From Vulcanimicrobiota bacterium (lineage in GTDB: Bacteria > Vulcanimicrobiota > Vulcanimicrobiia > Vulcanimicrobiales > Vulcanimicrobiaceae), in assembly GCA_963833095.1 (NCBI GenBank), contig CAWHWQ010000008.1:64001-128000 (forward strand): 64,000 bases of DNA, given 5' to 3'. Positions 54,587-64,000 of this stretch are shown here, one piece after another (the stretch's first letter is position 1; each line of letters opens with the position of its first letter). The notes beneath the pieces are model-generated. The model was not told the origin of the DNA, did not search any database, and worked only from the letters and a program-made list of their open reading frames with translations. Both the position numbers and the translations under genes were made by a program.

Positions 54587-55455
54587 TGTTCGCGCAAGCG
54601 CTCAACGTACGCGGTGGAGCAATCCTGCGATTCGACCCGGTCCGCGGCGGGGTCATCAGCTGGAATACCTATGCGCCCAGTGGGACGCTGCGCTTTCGCG
54701 TGTTGCGCGCCGGTACGCCGGCCAGCGCCTGGTACGACTACACGCAATGGCAGAGCAGCGGACGCAAATCGTTTAGCCCGACCTCCGACCGCGACGGCAT
54801 CACGGTTGACGTCGACGTGCTCAGCGCCGAGCAGCCCTTCGACGGAATCGAGCTCGTTGCCGAAGACATCGACTTCACGCTCCTCGCGTTCGCTGCGCCG
54901 CAGCGTCCCGAACCGTCGCTTCCCTACGCGCGCGACGCGATAATTCTCGACGTGCCCGCGCGCACGCAATATGTTCTCGAAGAAGAACGCGGCTGGTGCA
55001 GCGCCGCAAGCCTCTCAATGGTCAATGCGTATCATGGTATCGATCGCCCGGTAGAAGAAACGGCGCGCGCGGTGCTCGATCGCGCGTACAACGGGACCGG
55101 CAACTGGGCGTTCAATACGGCGTACAGCGGCAGTCTGGGACTTCGCGCGGCGGTGGCCTATCTGCAAAACCTCGATCAGGCGGCGCGCCTGATCGAGCGC
55201 AACATTCCGCTGGTGATTTCGTACTCGTGGCGCGAGGGCGAACTTCCCGGCGCACCGCTGCCGCATTCCGACGGGCATCTCGCGGTGCTCCGCGGCTTCA
55301 CCGAAAACGGTGACTGCGCGATCAACGATCCCGCCGCACCGGGCGTGCGAGTAGTCTACCCACGCAGCGCAGTCGAGGCCATTTGGCAGCGCAATAATGG
55401 CGTCGCCTATGTGATTGCGCCGGCCGGCCTCGACTACGCGAGCGTGCTTGCGTGA
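54586..55455 (+). CDS. Peptidase C39-like protein
   Basis: Q..WCSAASLSM, GNWAFN, GHLAVLRGF, NDPA. Confidence 0.85.
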   Translation: MFAQALNVRGGAILRFDPVRGGVISWNTYAPSGTLRFRVLRAGTPASAWYDYTQWQSSGRKSFSPTSDRDGITVDVDVLSAEQPFDGIELVAEDIDFTLLAFAAPQRPEPSLPYARDAIILDVPARTQYVLEEERGWCSAASLSMVNAYHGIDRPVEETARAVLDRAYNGTGNWAFNTAYSGSLGLRAAVAYLQNLDQAARLIERNIPLVISYSWREGELPGAPLPHSDGHLAVLRGFTENGDCAINDPAAPGVRVVYPRSAVEAIWQRNNGVAYVIAPAGLDYASVLA

Positions 55456-55967
55456 CGCAACCGCGCGAACGGGTGCGCGCTATCGAGGACGTCCAGGACG
55501 CGCCGCTGCATATTGCGCTCGTCGAACCCGAGATTCCACCGAACACCGGAAACGTTGCGCGTCTTTGCGCAGCAACCGGGTGCGCATTGCATTTGATCGA
55601 GCCCCTCGGCTTCTCGATCGACGACCGCGAACTCAAGCGCGCGGGTCTGGATTACTGGCACACGATCGACGTGGTGGTGCACCCGTCGCTGGATGTTTTT
55701 CTCGAACGCACGGCCGATCGCACTCGCTGGTTTCTCTCTGCGCATGCGCAGCGGCCATATGCGCAGGCTCCGTTTTCCCGCGGTGACATATTGGTGTTTG
55801 GGCGCGAGACCAAAGGGCTTCCGCGCGAGCTGCTCGCGCGCGATCCCGAACACGCGCTGCGCATCCCGATGCGCGAAGGCAGCGTGCGCAGCATCAATCT
55901 GTCGACGGCAGTCGGCATCGTCGCCTACGCAGCACTCGCCGCGCTCGACTTTCCCGGCCTGAAGTGA
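55452..55967 (+). CDS. trmL: tRNA (cytidine34-2'-O)-methyltransferase
   Basis: PEIPPNTGN, KRAGLDYW, FGRETKGLP, RSINLS. Confidence 0.95.
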   Translation: MTQPRERVRAIEDVQDAPLHIALVEPEIPPNTGNVARLCAATGCALHLIEPLGFSIDDRELKRAGLDYWHTIDVVVHPSLDVFLERTADRTRWFLSAHAQRPYAQAPFSRGDILVFGRETKGLPRELLARDPEHALRIPMREGSVRSINLSTAVGIVAYAALAALDFPGLK

Positions 55968-56731
55968 ACGTTCGTCCAACCGCGGTCGACTTCAACCGGT
56001 TCTTTCACGGCGGCGCGTTCGGTGCGCACGACATTTTCACAAAGGGTTCGTTCGCTGATTTCGTGCACCGCAATGACATTAATCTTGGTCAAGCGATTGC
56101 AGTTAAAGAGGGTGCGGTCGTTCTCGGAGCGCTCGCTTTTGGCGTGCGCGGCACGCGCGCTTGGTTCGGACTCATCGGCGTCGATCCGCAGTACCGGCGC
56201 GAAGGCATTGCCGCGCGGATGATGGTGGACGCTATCGCGGCGGTGCACGCACAGGGCGTGCGGACGATCGAGCTTGAGGTGAACCAGCGCAATCCCGCGC
56301 CCAAGGCGCTATGCGAGAGCTTCGGTTTCTCGCAGCGCGGCGAGCTGTTCGTCTGGGCGCGCGATTCGACCGGCCAGGCGCCGACGCTGCCGACACGCCG
56401 ATATCCCGAGCCCGCCGTCCGCGCAGTCGCGCAGATTCGGTCCGTCTGCTGGCAGCGAGAACCACGCAGCCTTGCGCGAGCCGGTCCGCTCGCGCTGCTC
56501 ACGCTCCCCGGCGCTTACGCATATGTAAGCATTAACAACGAATTCGCAAACGTGCTCGATGCGGGAGCGCACGACGCCGTTCGCGCCCGGGAACTCGTGG
56601 ATGCCCTCAATGACCGCGTACCGCACGACATCACGCTCAACAACGAGCCCGGCGATTCGCCCTTAAGTGATGCCTTGCGGGATCGCGGGTGGCGCATTGT
56701 CGAACGGCAATACCTCATGGTGCGCACATAA
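55964..56731 (+). CDS. GNAT acetyltransferase
   Basis: GVDPQYRREGIA; LEVNQRN.A. Confidence 0.8.
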   Translation: MNVRPTAVDFNRFFHGGAFGAHDIFTKGSFADFVHRNDINLGQAIAVKEGAVVLGALAFGVRGTRAWFGLIGVDPQYRREGIAARMMVDAIAAVHAQGVRTIELEVNQRNPAPKALCESFGFSQRGELFVWARDSTGQAPTLPTRRYPEPAVRAVAQIRSVCWQREPRSLARAGPLALLTLPGAYAYVSINNEFANVLDAGAHDAVRARELVDALNDRVPHDITLNNEPGDSPLSDALRDRGWRIVERQYLMVRT

Positions 56732-57528
56732 TGAAACGCCCCGCCGTCTACGTCGGCAACAATCGCGTGTTGCTCTGGACCAAAAACAACTACAAGATGT
56801 TCGTCGACTCACGCGACGTCTCGATCGCGCCGCATCTGATCCTCGAAGGGGTCTACGAAGAACACACTGATGCGGCGCTTCGCCGCCTGGTTTCTCCGGG
56901 CATGAACGTGGTTGAGATCGGCGCGAACGTGGGACTCTTCACGCTGCTGATGTGTCATCGCGCCGGCTCGAGCGGCTCGGTCTATGCCTTCGAGTGCGAT
57001 CCCGTGCTCGCCCAGATCGCGCGCGACAACCTGGAATTAAACGGCTTTTCGCGGATCGGCACGATCGATGAGCGCGCAATCAGCAACCAGATCGGCACGT
57101 TGAGCTTTCGCGCGACGACACGGCATCGTGGCGGCGGCACGCTGGTCGCCGGCCTACAGCAAATTCCCGAACTGACTGAGAGCGAACGCGAGACCATCGC
57201 CGTGCAAGCCGTAACCCTCGACGACTTTCTCGCCGGATACGATCGAAGGATCGACTTTATGAAAATCGATGCGGAAGGCGCGGAAACCGACATCATCGCC
57301 GGCGGACGGCGCATCTTCGCTGATCCGGGTTATCGCGTCACGGTGATGATGGAATTCGCGCCGCGGTTCATGCGCGAAGCCGGCATGGATCCGGCCACGC
57401 AACTCGACGAGCTTTGCTCGTGGGGCTTTACGTTTTCACGCATCGATGATCGGCGGCGTAAGCTCGCGCCAACGGATGCAGCGTACCTGCTCGGGCAAGA
57501 ATTTTCCGACATAGTGATGACGCGCTAA
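56731..57528 (+). CDS. FkbM family methyltransferase
   Basis: EIGANVG; MKIDAEGAE. Confidence 0.92.
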   Translation: MKRPAVYVGNNRVLLWTKNNYKMFVDSRDVSIAPHLILEGVYEEHTDAALRRLVSPGMNVVEIGANVGLFTLLMCHRAGSSGSVYAFECDPVLAQIARDNLELNGFSRIGTIDERAISNQIGTLSFRATTRHRGGGTLVAGLQQIPELTESERETIAVQAVTLDDFLAGYDRRIDFMKIDAEGAETDIIAGGRRIFADPGYRVTVMMEFAPRFMREAGMDPATQLDELCSWGFTFSRIDDRRRKLAPTDAAYLLGQEFSDIVMTR

Positions 57529-57535
57529 GGCTTTG

Positions 57536-57766
57536 TCATCCTGAACGTAGCGAGCGCTGCAATGAACGCCAACGGTACAGCGCGAGAATGAGAAACAACA
57601 CACCAAACGCCACCCAGACATACGCAAAGTGATACGACGTTCCCCGGACGACAAGATTCCAGACTCCGAGTAGCAGAAATGCAATGCCCATCACGAGATT
57701 TTGGATCACGGACCGGCGCTCAAAGCGCAATGCCTTCGCTCGACCCGCATCATCTTCAGTAATCAT
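57536..57766 (-). CDS. Small 2-TM protein
   Basis: Two hydrophobic helices; fills the intergenic gap. Confidence 0.55.
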   Translation of the reverse strand: MITEDDAGRAKALRFERRSVIQNLVMGIAFLLLGVWNLVVRGTSYHFAYVWVAFGVLFLILALYRWRSLQRSLRSG

Positions 57767-57805
57767 GCCCGACCATTTTCGCGCCCTCTGGCGGCGGGCC
57801 CTCGA

Positions 57806-59035
57806 CTACGCTCGGGATGACAAGGTGTCGGCGAGTGATGCCGGTTTGGGCATGAAAAGCGAGCCGCCAAGCGCGAGGACTGCGAAGACTGCGATCGTTA
57901 TGAAAACGCTGACCAGGCCGAGCTGATCTCCGATGTGACCGAAGATCGGCGCGGCGATGCCGCCGATCGTGTTGGCAAGGCCAAGGGTCATACCGGATGC
58001 GATGCCGATTGACTTCGGCAGATATTCCTGACCGAGTACAACCAACACGCCGGCCGACAACCCGACCGAAACGCCGAAGAGCGCCGAGAGAATAATCATC
58101 GGCACAACCAGGTGGAATGCGGCGCCGGTAAGCGCGATGGCAAGACCGAAGATTGCCGTAAAGATCATCGAAAGCGTGATAACCCGGCGGCGATCGAAGC
58201 GCTCGCCGAGCAGTCCACCGGCCATCGTGCCGATCGCGCCGCCGCTCAGCAGTGCAAAGAGGGCGAAGGATTGCAAGAACGGATTGACGTGCACAACGCG
58301 CAACATGAAGACCGGCGTGAACGTTACCGCAGCCAAGAAAGTCGTCGAGCGTAGTGCGACCACGACCGACATAATTGAGAATCCGCGCCAGTCGTTGTGA
58401 CCAGGTCGCTCACGATGGGCGCGATGCGCCTTCGCGCGAACCTCGTTGAATCGGGGGAGTTCGCGCACGAGCAACGCGGCCACAACGCACGCCGGGATCA
58501 GTAAGAACGCAACGCCACGTAAGCCGAACGCAAGCATCAGCGGCGTGGCGAGTACCGGGCCGGCAGCAAAGCCGATGTAGCCGCCAACGGTGAAGAAACT
58601 CATGCCCGCCGAGCGTTTGCGGCCGGCGAAATAATTCGAGAAGCGCGAGCCTTCGGGATGAAACGCGGCGACCGCGAAGCCCATCAGCATTGCCCCCGCA
58701 AGCATCAACGGCAGTGTAGGCGCGAAGCCGATGAGCGCCGTGCCGGAGGCGGCCACGACCACGCCCGCCGGGATCACCCATGCGGTGGGATACTTGTCGG
58801 AGAGGTGGCCGAAGGCCAGCTGCACCACCGAGCCCAGCAGATTCGAAGCCAGGACCAGGGTCGCGGCTACGGCGAGGGTCAGGTGGCGCTGCGTGACCAG
58901 AAAAGGGATCATGACCGGCAGCACGCCCTGATTGAGATCGGTGAAAGCATGGGCTACGGTCAGCAATCGGAGGCCCGCCCGGTCCGTCGAGGGCATGACG
59001 GACGGCTGGGCGAGCGAGGGCGCGCTAGCGGTCAC
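57806..59035 (-). CDS. Fsr (fosmidomycin-resistance)-family MFS transporter
   Basis: HAFTDLNQG; AAFHPEG; FFTVGG.IGFA.GP; LGQEYLP. Confidence 0.88.
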   Translation of the reverse strand: MTASAPSLAQPSVMPSTDRAGLRLLTVAHAFTDLNQGVLPVMIPFLVTQRHLTLAVAATLVLASNLLGSVVQLAFGHLSDKYPTAWVIPAGVVVAASGTALIGFAPTLPLMLAGAMLMGFAVAAFHPEGSRFSNYFAGRKRSAGMSFFTVGGYIGFAAGPVLATPLMLAFGLRGVAFLLIPACVVAALLVRELPRFNEVRAKAHRAHRERPGHNDWRGFSIMSVVVALRSTTFLAAVTFTPVFMLRVVHVNPFLQSFALFALLSGGAIGTMAGGLLGERFDRRRVITLSMIFTAIFGLAIALTGAAFHLVVPMIILSALFGVSVGLSAGVLVVLGQEYLPKSIGIASGMTLGLANTIGGIAAPIFGHIGDQLGLVSVFITIAVFAVLALGGSLFMPKPASLADTLSSRA

Positions 59036-59091
59036 CACCTCAGTCTCCCACGCAGTGGCCCATAAGTCCAATACATAATTAGACTCGATTT

Positions 59092-59108
59092 GATAATATA
59101 AATGCATC
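59092..59108. promoter_or_regulatory. LysR T-N11-A box
   Basis: GAT-N11-ATC in the AT-rich divergent spacer. Confidence 0.5.
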
Positions 59109-59109
59109 T

Positions 59110-60006
59110 ATGGAATTTCGCCAGCTTCGCGCGGCGGTGACCATCGCGCGGCGGCTCAGCTTTACGGCCGCAGCCGAGGAACTTGCCGTGGCCCAGCCCG
59201 CCCTTTCGCAGCAGATCGCAGCGCTCGAGCGCGAACTGGGGGTACGGCTGTTCGAGCGAACGAACCGGCGGGTCGCGCTGACCGATGCGGGGCGAGCTTT
59301 CGTCGCCCGGGCCGAGCGCGTGATCGGCGACCTCGAGGCCGCCGCACAGGAGATGACCGCCTTCGCCGGCGGGCTACGCGGACGCGTTGTCGTAGGAACC
59401 TATCAGTCGTTCGCGGAGCACTTACTCCCGAAATTGCTCGGGCGATTCCACGCAGAACAGCCCGGCATCGAGGTGGCGATGCGTGAAGGCATGGCCGACG
59501 AGCTCCTGAGCCGGCTCGCGAGCGGTACCATCGATGTCTTCATCGGCCATCTCGCCGGCGCCAGCCTGTTACCCGGCTTTCGAGCCGAACCGTTGTACGA
59601 AGACGAGCTCGTGGTCGCGGTGGCGGCGCGTCACCCGCTTGCGGCGCGCTCGACGGTGCGCATCGAAGAGCTGCGCGACGAGCCGTTCGTGATTTTCCGT
59701 CCGGGTTCGGCAAGCACACACCTCCTCAATCAACTGGCGCGCGCAGCCGGCTTCGAACCGCGCGTCGCGTTCGAAAGCGAAGACTCGCTTACGGTGCGTT
59801 CGCTGGTGGCTGAAGGCCTCGGGATTGCACTCTATCCGCGCATGATCGGCAACACGCCCGGTCCCAACGTTGCGCTCCTCTCAGTCGTGCCGCAACGCAT
59901 CATGCGCACGATGTCGCTCGTTACGCGCAACAGTCCGAACGGACCGGGCGCGACGCGCTTCATCGATTTCATCCGGAGCTCGATCGACGATCTCTCCATT
60001 CCCTAG
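59110..60006 (+). CDS. LysR family regulator
   Basis: SFTAAAEELAVAQPALSQQIAALERELGVRLFER. Confidence 0.96.
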   Translation: MEFRQLRAAVTIARRLSFTAAAEELAVAQPALSQQIAALERELGVRLFERTNRRVALTDAGRAFVARAERVIGDLEAAAQEMTAFAGGLRGRVVVGTYQSFAEHLLPKLLGRFHAEQPGIEVAMREGMADELLSRLASGTIDVFIGHLAGASLLPGFRAEPLYEDELVVAVAARHPLAARSTVRIEELRDEPFVIFRPGSASTHLLNQLARAAGFEPRVAFESEDSLTVRSLVAEGLGIALYPRMIGNTPGPNVALLSVVPQRIMRTMSLVTRNSPNGPGATRFIDFIRSSIDDLSIP

Positions 60007-60538
60007 CGGTGATTTCCCAACGTTCGCTTGCAAATCGTCCCCCGACATAATCCTTCTCGAAGACGCCGACGCATCGCATGCCGCTCTTCTCAGAGATACG
60101 CCGCGAGCCGACGTTGTCGACCGCCTTTGCGACACGCAGTACGTCGAATTGCAAAACGCCGAACCAATAGTCGGTGACCGCCTCGACCGCTTCACTCATC
60201 AGGCCCGCCCGTTGCCACGGTACACCCAGCCAAAATCCGCGATTGTCCTCCGTACCCGCGCGCAAACTTGCGAGACCAATAATCTGCTGCGGCGCGTTTC
60301 GAAGGCGCAGCGTCCAATGCCATTGCTCGGCGCGCTCCACCGCCGGCAGCGCCACATCGCGAATGTAGCTCAAAGCGCCGTCCTCGGGGTAGGGCCACGG
60401 AATCGCGGTGGCCATATAACGGACGATCTCCCAATGCGGAAAGATCCGTTGGATCTGCTTTGCATCATCCTGGCGCAGGGGCAGAAGAACCAAGCGACGC
60501 GTCTCGAGCGGCACAATTGCCGAGGTCACACCGGGCAT
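59969..60538 (-). CDS. RimJ/RimL-type GNAT acetyltransferase
   Basis: LETRRLVL; GFWLG..WQRAGLMSEA; N..SRRISEK.GM. Confidence 0.9.
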   Translation of the reverse strand: MPGVTSAIVPLETRRLVLLPLRQDDAKQIQRIFPHWEIVRYMATAIPWPYPEDGALSYIRDVALPAVERAEQWHWTLRLRNAPQQIIGLASLRAGTEDNRGFWLGVPWQRAGLMSEAVEAVTDYWFGVLQFDVLRVAKAVDNVGSRRISEKSGMRCVGVFEKDYVGGRFASERWEITAREWRDRRSSSG

Positions 60539-60576
60539 GATTCCGACCTTGGCGCGTGCAATCCGGCAAACTCGCC

Positions 60577-61279
60577 ATGCCGACGTTGAAATCCATCGAG
60601 CGCGCAGTTGTTGCGTGCGAGCGCTGCCCTGAGCTGCGCGCCTATTGCGCGCAGGTTGCGCGCGAGAAGCGCCGCGCCTATGCCGACCAACCGTATTGGG
60701 GGAAGCCGGTGCCGTCGTTCGGCGATCCCAAAGCCCGCGTCATGCTGGTCGGCCTCGCGCCCGGCGCGCACGGCAGCAATCGCACCGGGCGTCCGTTCAC
60801 CGGCGATGCGTCCGGCGATTTCCTCTATCCGGCACTGTATCGCGCGGGCTTTGCTTCGCAGCCGAAGGCCGTCGATCGCCGCGACGGTCTCAACCTTCAC
60901 GACTGCATCATTACCGCTGCCGGGCGCTGCGCGCCGCCGCAAAACAAACCGACGCCGCAACAACTGCGCAATTGCTTTCCGTATCTTCTCGACGAGTTCG
61001 ATGCACTGCCGACCCTGCAGGTTACTGATTGGCCTAGGATCGATCGGATTCGATGCGATCCTCAAAGTGCTGCGCGAGCGCGGCTACTCGTTTGAATCAC
61101 CGCCGGTTTTTGGTCATGGCGCTGAAACCGTCGCAACGAATGGGGCACGCCGTATCACCGTCATCGCGTCATACCACCCGAGCCGCCAGAACACCAACAC
61201 CGGCAAACTGACCGTGCCGATGTTCGATGCGATCTTTACGAGGGCGAAGCAGTTGCTGCGGGCGAAGCGCCCGGCATAA
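60577..61279 (+). CDS. Uracil-DNA glycosylase family 5 (Fe-S); frameshift near 61020
   Basis: CERCPEL; GLAPGAHGSNRTGRPFTGD; YHPSRQNT. Confidence 0.92.
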
Positions 61280-61625
61280 CGGGACGGCCGCACAGATCGG
61301 TGAGTTGGGTCAGGCCGTCTTTATATTCGCGCACTTGCGTGCGCGGATCGGGATTGGGATCGCCGAAATCTTTGCGCGCATCTTGAAACGCCTTCACGCG
61401 AACGTCGTCGCTGGGTGCGCGTACGACGACGATCGAAGCCGGCGTGCCGTCGGCGTTGGCCTGTACGACGAGATCCGCGCCGTCGAGCGAAAGCTCGCGC
61501 ACCTCGCACGAGCGCAGCGCGTCCGGTGAGGTTTCTGGCGAAGGAGTAGCGTCGCTCTGCGCACGGCTGCCGGCGCACCCGGCAATTGCGATGAGCGCTA
61601 TTGGAAGGAGAGCGTTCGCCCGCAC
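61236..61625 (-). CDS. Lipoprotein with TonB-C-like segment
   Basis: Lipobox IAGC; SC...DG...VV...FG...DLCGR. Confidence 0.65.
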   Translation of the reverse strand: MRANALLPIALIAIAGCAGSRAQSDATPSPETSPDALRSCEVRELSLDGADLVVQANADGTPASIVVVRAPSDDVRVKAFQDARKDFGDPNPDPRTQVREYKDGLTQLTDLCGRPVMPGASPAATASPS

Positions 61626-61972
61626 GAATCGACCGCTTTATCGGGAATCATCATTCCACCGCTTCCACCGGGTTTGAATGAGACGATTTTAAGCGGCGGC
61701 GCGTGGCTCGCCTCCGGACCGTACGTGTTTTCGAGGTCCTTTTCCATATTGTTGACTTCTTCGGGGTTTTCTTTCGAGTCAACGATTTCGAATTTCTGGA
61801 CCGCACCGTTCTTCGCCCAAAGGACACGGATTTGGATCCCTTGGTCGTTGGTGTAGAGGTGTTCGCCGCATGATGGTCCCGCCGTCACCGCTCGCGCGGG
61901 AAGCGTAAGCAGACCGAACAGCGCGAGCAGTGCGCCGGCGGTCGCCACGCTGGTGACGAGTCGAAGGTTCAC
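61598..61972 (-). CDS. Secreted paralogue of the downstream lipoprotein
   Basis: Signal peptide ending ARA; SC...NG...IV...YG...DSCGR. Confidence 0.65.
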   Translation of the reverse strand: MNLRLVTSVATAGALLALFGLLTLPARAVTAGPSCGEHLYTNDQGIQIRVLWAKNGAVQKFEIVDSKENPEEVNNMEKDLENTYGPEASHAPPLKIVSFKPGGSGGMMIPDKAVDSCGRTLSFQ

Positions 61973-61979
61973 GTTACGA

Positions 61980-63749
61980 TTATTGGCCGCTTGGCTGCTG
62001 GGGGGCTGCACTTCGAAGGTAAAGATCTCGCAAGAGCTCCTCGGGAACGGGCGACGGGGCATCCATCATGACGTCGCGAGCCACCTGGTTCTTCGGGAAG
62101 GCGGTGACCTCCCGGAGATTCTCCTCGCCGCAGGCGAGCATCACGATCCGATCGATTCCCAGCGCCATGCCGCCGTGCGGAGGCGCGCCGTATTCCAGCG
62201 CCCGCACGAAAAAGCCGAAGCGCTCCTCGATCTGTTCGGCGCTCATGCCGAGCATTTCAAAAATCTTGCGCTGCAGCTCGGGCTTGTGAATACGGATCGA
62301 TCCTGACCCCAGCTCCCATCCGTTGAGCACCATGTCGTAGTGCTGCGCGCGCATCTTACGCGGGTCGGTGTCGATGAACTGCCACTGATCCTCGCCCGGC
62401 GACGTAAACGGGTGGTGCGAGGGCACCGCCTTCCCGGTTGCCTCGTCGATTTCCAGATACGGAAAATCGAGCACCCAGCAAAACGCAAACGTGCTCGGAT
62501 CGCGCAAGCCGCAGCGCTCGCCGACGGCGTTGCGCATCTTGCCCGCCACCGCGAGCGCAACTGCCCGTTCGTCAGCGAAGAGGAGGATCGCATCGCCCGT
62601 CTCGCTTGCGCTCGCCGCGCGGAGCTTCGCGATGTGCTCGTCGGAAATAAACTTTTGAGCCGAGGATTTGGTGCCGTCCGCGCCCAGCGCGATCCACACC
62701 ATGCCTTTGCCGCCGAGCTGCTTTGCCTCCTCGGTGAGCGCGTCGAAATCACGCCGCGATAAACTCGCACCTCGAGGATAGCGCAGCGCCACGATCGCGC
62801 CGTCGCTCTCGATCACCGATTTGAAGACCCCGAAGTCCGTGCCGGAAAAGACGTCGTTTACGCGCGTAAGCTCGAGGCCAAAGCGTAAGTCGGGCTTATC
62901 GAGACCGAAGCGCGCGAGGGCATCCTCGTGCTTCAAGCGCGGAAACGGTCCGAGTTCGATGTCGAGACAGCGCTTCCACACGTCGCGAATGCACGACTCC
63001 ATCACCTCGATGACGTCCTCTTGGGTAACGAACGACATCTCGACGTCGACTTGCGTGAACTCCGGCATGCGGTCAGCGCGCAAATCTTCGTCGCGCATGC
63101 AGCGCGCGATTTGCATGTACTTCCCAAACCCGGCGATCATGGTTATCTGCTTGAGCAGCTGTGGCGACTGCGGCAGCGCATAGAAGGATCCCGGGTGCAA
63201 CCGCGACGGCACGAGGTAATCGCGCGCACCCTCGGGCGTGCTCTTGATCAGCATCGGCGTCTCGATCTCGATGAACTCGCGATCGTCAAAAAAATCGCGC
63301 ATCGCTTTGACGATCTTATGGCGCATGCGGATGTTGCGCTGCATGCGCGGGCGCCGCAGGTCCAAATAACGGTACTCCAAGCGCAGATTCTCATCGACGT
63401 CGGCGTCGATGTTGATCTGGAACGGGGGCACCTGCGACCGGTTGAGAATCTCGAGCGACTCGATGCCGAGTTCCACCTCTCCCGTGCCAAGCGACGTATT
63501 CTCGGTCCCTGCGGGGCGCTTGCGCACAGCTCCGCTGACGCGAAGCACGTCCTCGTTGCGAAGGTGCTCGGCATCCTTGAAACTTGGTTGCTGCGGGTCG
63601 AACACGATTTGCGTCACGCCGTCGCGGTCGCGAAGATCGACGAAAATCAAGCCGCCGTGATCGCGACGGCGATTTACCCACCCGTTCAGTTCGGCGGTCT
63701 CGCCAACGTTGCTCGCGCGCAGCGCGCCGCATGAAAATCGTTTAGCCAA
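61980..63749 (-). CDS. aspS: Aspartate--tRNA ligase (probably non-discriminating)
   Basis: RRRDHGGLIF, TPEGARDY, LPQSPQ, HHPFT, GAPPHGGMALG. Confidence 0.98.
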   Translation of the reverse strand: MAKRFSCGALRASNVGETAELNGWVNRRRDHGGLIFVDLRDRDGVTQIVFDPQQPSFKDAEHLRNEDVLRVSGAVRKRPAGTENTSLGTGEVELGIESLEILNRSQVPPFQINIDADVDENLRLEYRYLDLRRPRMQRNIRMRHKIVKAMRDFFDDREFIEIETPMLIKSTPEGARDYLVPSRLHPGSFYALPQSPQLLKQITMIAGFGKYMQIARCMRDEDLRADRMPEFTQVDVEMSFVTQEDVIEVMESCIRDVWKRCLDIELGPFPRLKHEDALARFGLDKPDLRFGLELTRVNDVFSGTDFGVFKSVIESDGAIVALRYPRGASLSRRDFDALTEEAKQLGGKGMVWIALGADGTKSSAQKFISDEHIAKLRAASASETGDAILLFADERAVALAVAGKMRNAVGERCGLRDPSTFAFCWVLDFPYLEIDEATGKAVPSHHPFTSPGEDQWQFIDTDPRKMRAQHYDMVLNGWELGSGSIRIHKPELQRKIFEMLGMSAEQIEERFGFFVRALEYGAPPHGGMALGIDRIVMLACGEENLREVTAFPKNQVARDVMMDAPSPVPEELLRDLYLRSAAPQQPSGQ

Positions 63750-64000
63750 CGTGGTGGTCCTTCAGCGCGTCCTTGACGCCGGATACATAGTGATATTGTT
63801 GCACGAGATTCCGCGCAAACTTTGAACGCGCCGAGCGCGCATCGAAATAAGACAGCAGACCGGGCACGCGTTCGAGCACGCTATGGAGCCCGAGCGAGAC
63901 GGGCGTCATCCCCAAATTGAGTTGCACCGCAAAATCGGGATGCTTGCGATAAAATCGCACCGTCGAACGCCCCGCAAGCCGCATCTTTTCTTTCTGATCG
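63742..64000 (-). CDS. C-terminus of a probable GT2 glycosyltransferase (partial)
   Basis: AGRSTVRFYRKHP tail; only the C-terminus is visible. Confidence 0.45.
   Translation of the reverse strand, partial: DQKEKMRLAGRSTVRFYRKHPDFAVQLNLGMTPVSLGLHSVLERVPGLLSYFDARSARSKFARNLVQQYHYVSGVKDALKDHHVG

Overview
GC-rich bacterial chromosome segment. Bacillota-like gene order together with an LptA-like gene suggests a diderm Terrabacteria lineage, possibly Ca. Eremiobacterota (inference only). Many essential genes carry indels, almost certainly consensus errors, so coordinates of frameshifted genes are approximate. Contents in order: an accessory block on the 3' side of tRNA-Leu(CAG) (MFS transporters, SDR with an MmyB-like regulator); htrA, AIM24, CVNH lectin and ku/ligD; two GT-C-type membrane glycosyltransferases; alaS; a ytxG-ytxH-rsbV-rsbW-sigB-like module; iscS, rarA, lptA, sua5, mreB, murA; a complete atp operon; wecB/wecA/dCMP deaminase/upp/glyA/rpiB; 6S RNA; a metallopeptidase toxin-immunity-like pair; an epimerase/DUF1611/peptide-binding/C39 module; trmL, udg and aspS. 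The top finding is ORF 5912..6550(-), which reads as a Sec signal peptide followed by a single-chain CFP-10(EsxB)-like plus ESAT-6(EsxA)-like fusion that has lost the type VII secretion signatures. The second is an unannotated ~80-nt sRNA candidate (27579..27657) behind a TCTCAG-N5-TCTCAG response-regulator box, with related boxes upstream of a sulfotransferase-like gene. All homology calls are by eye from remembered sequences and motifs; no database search was run.
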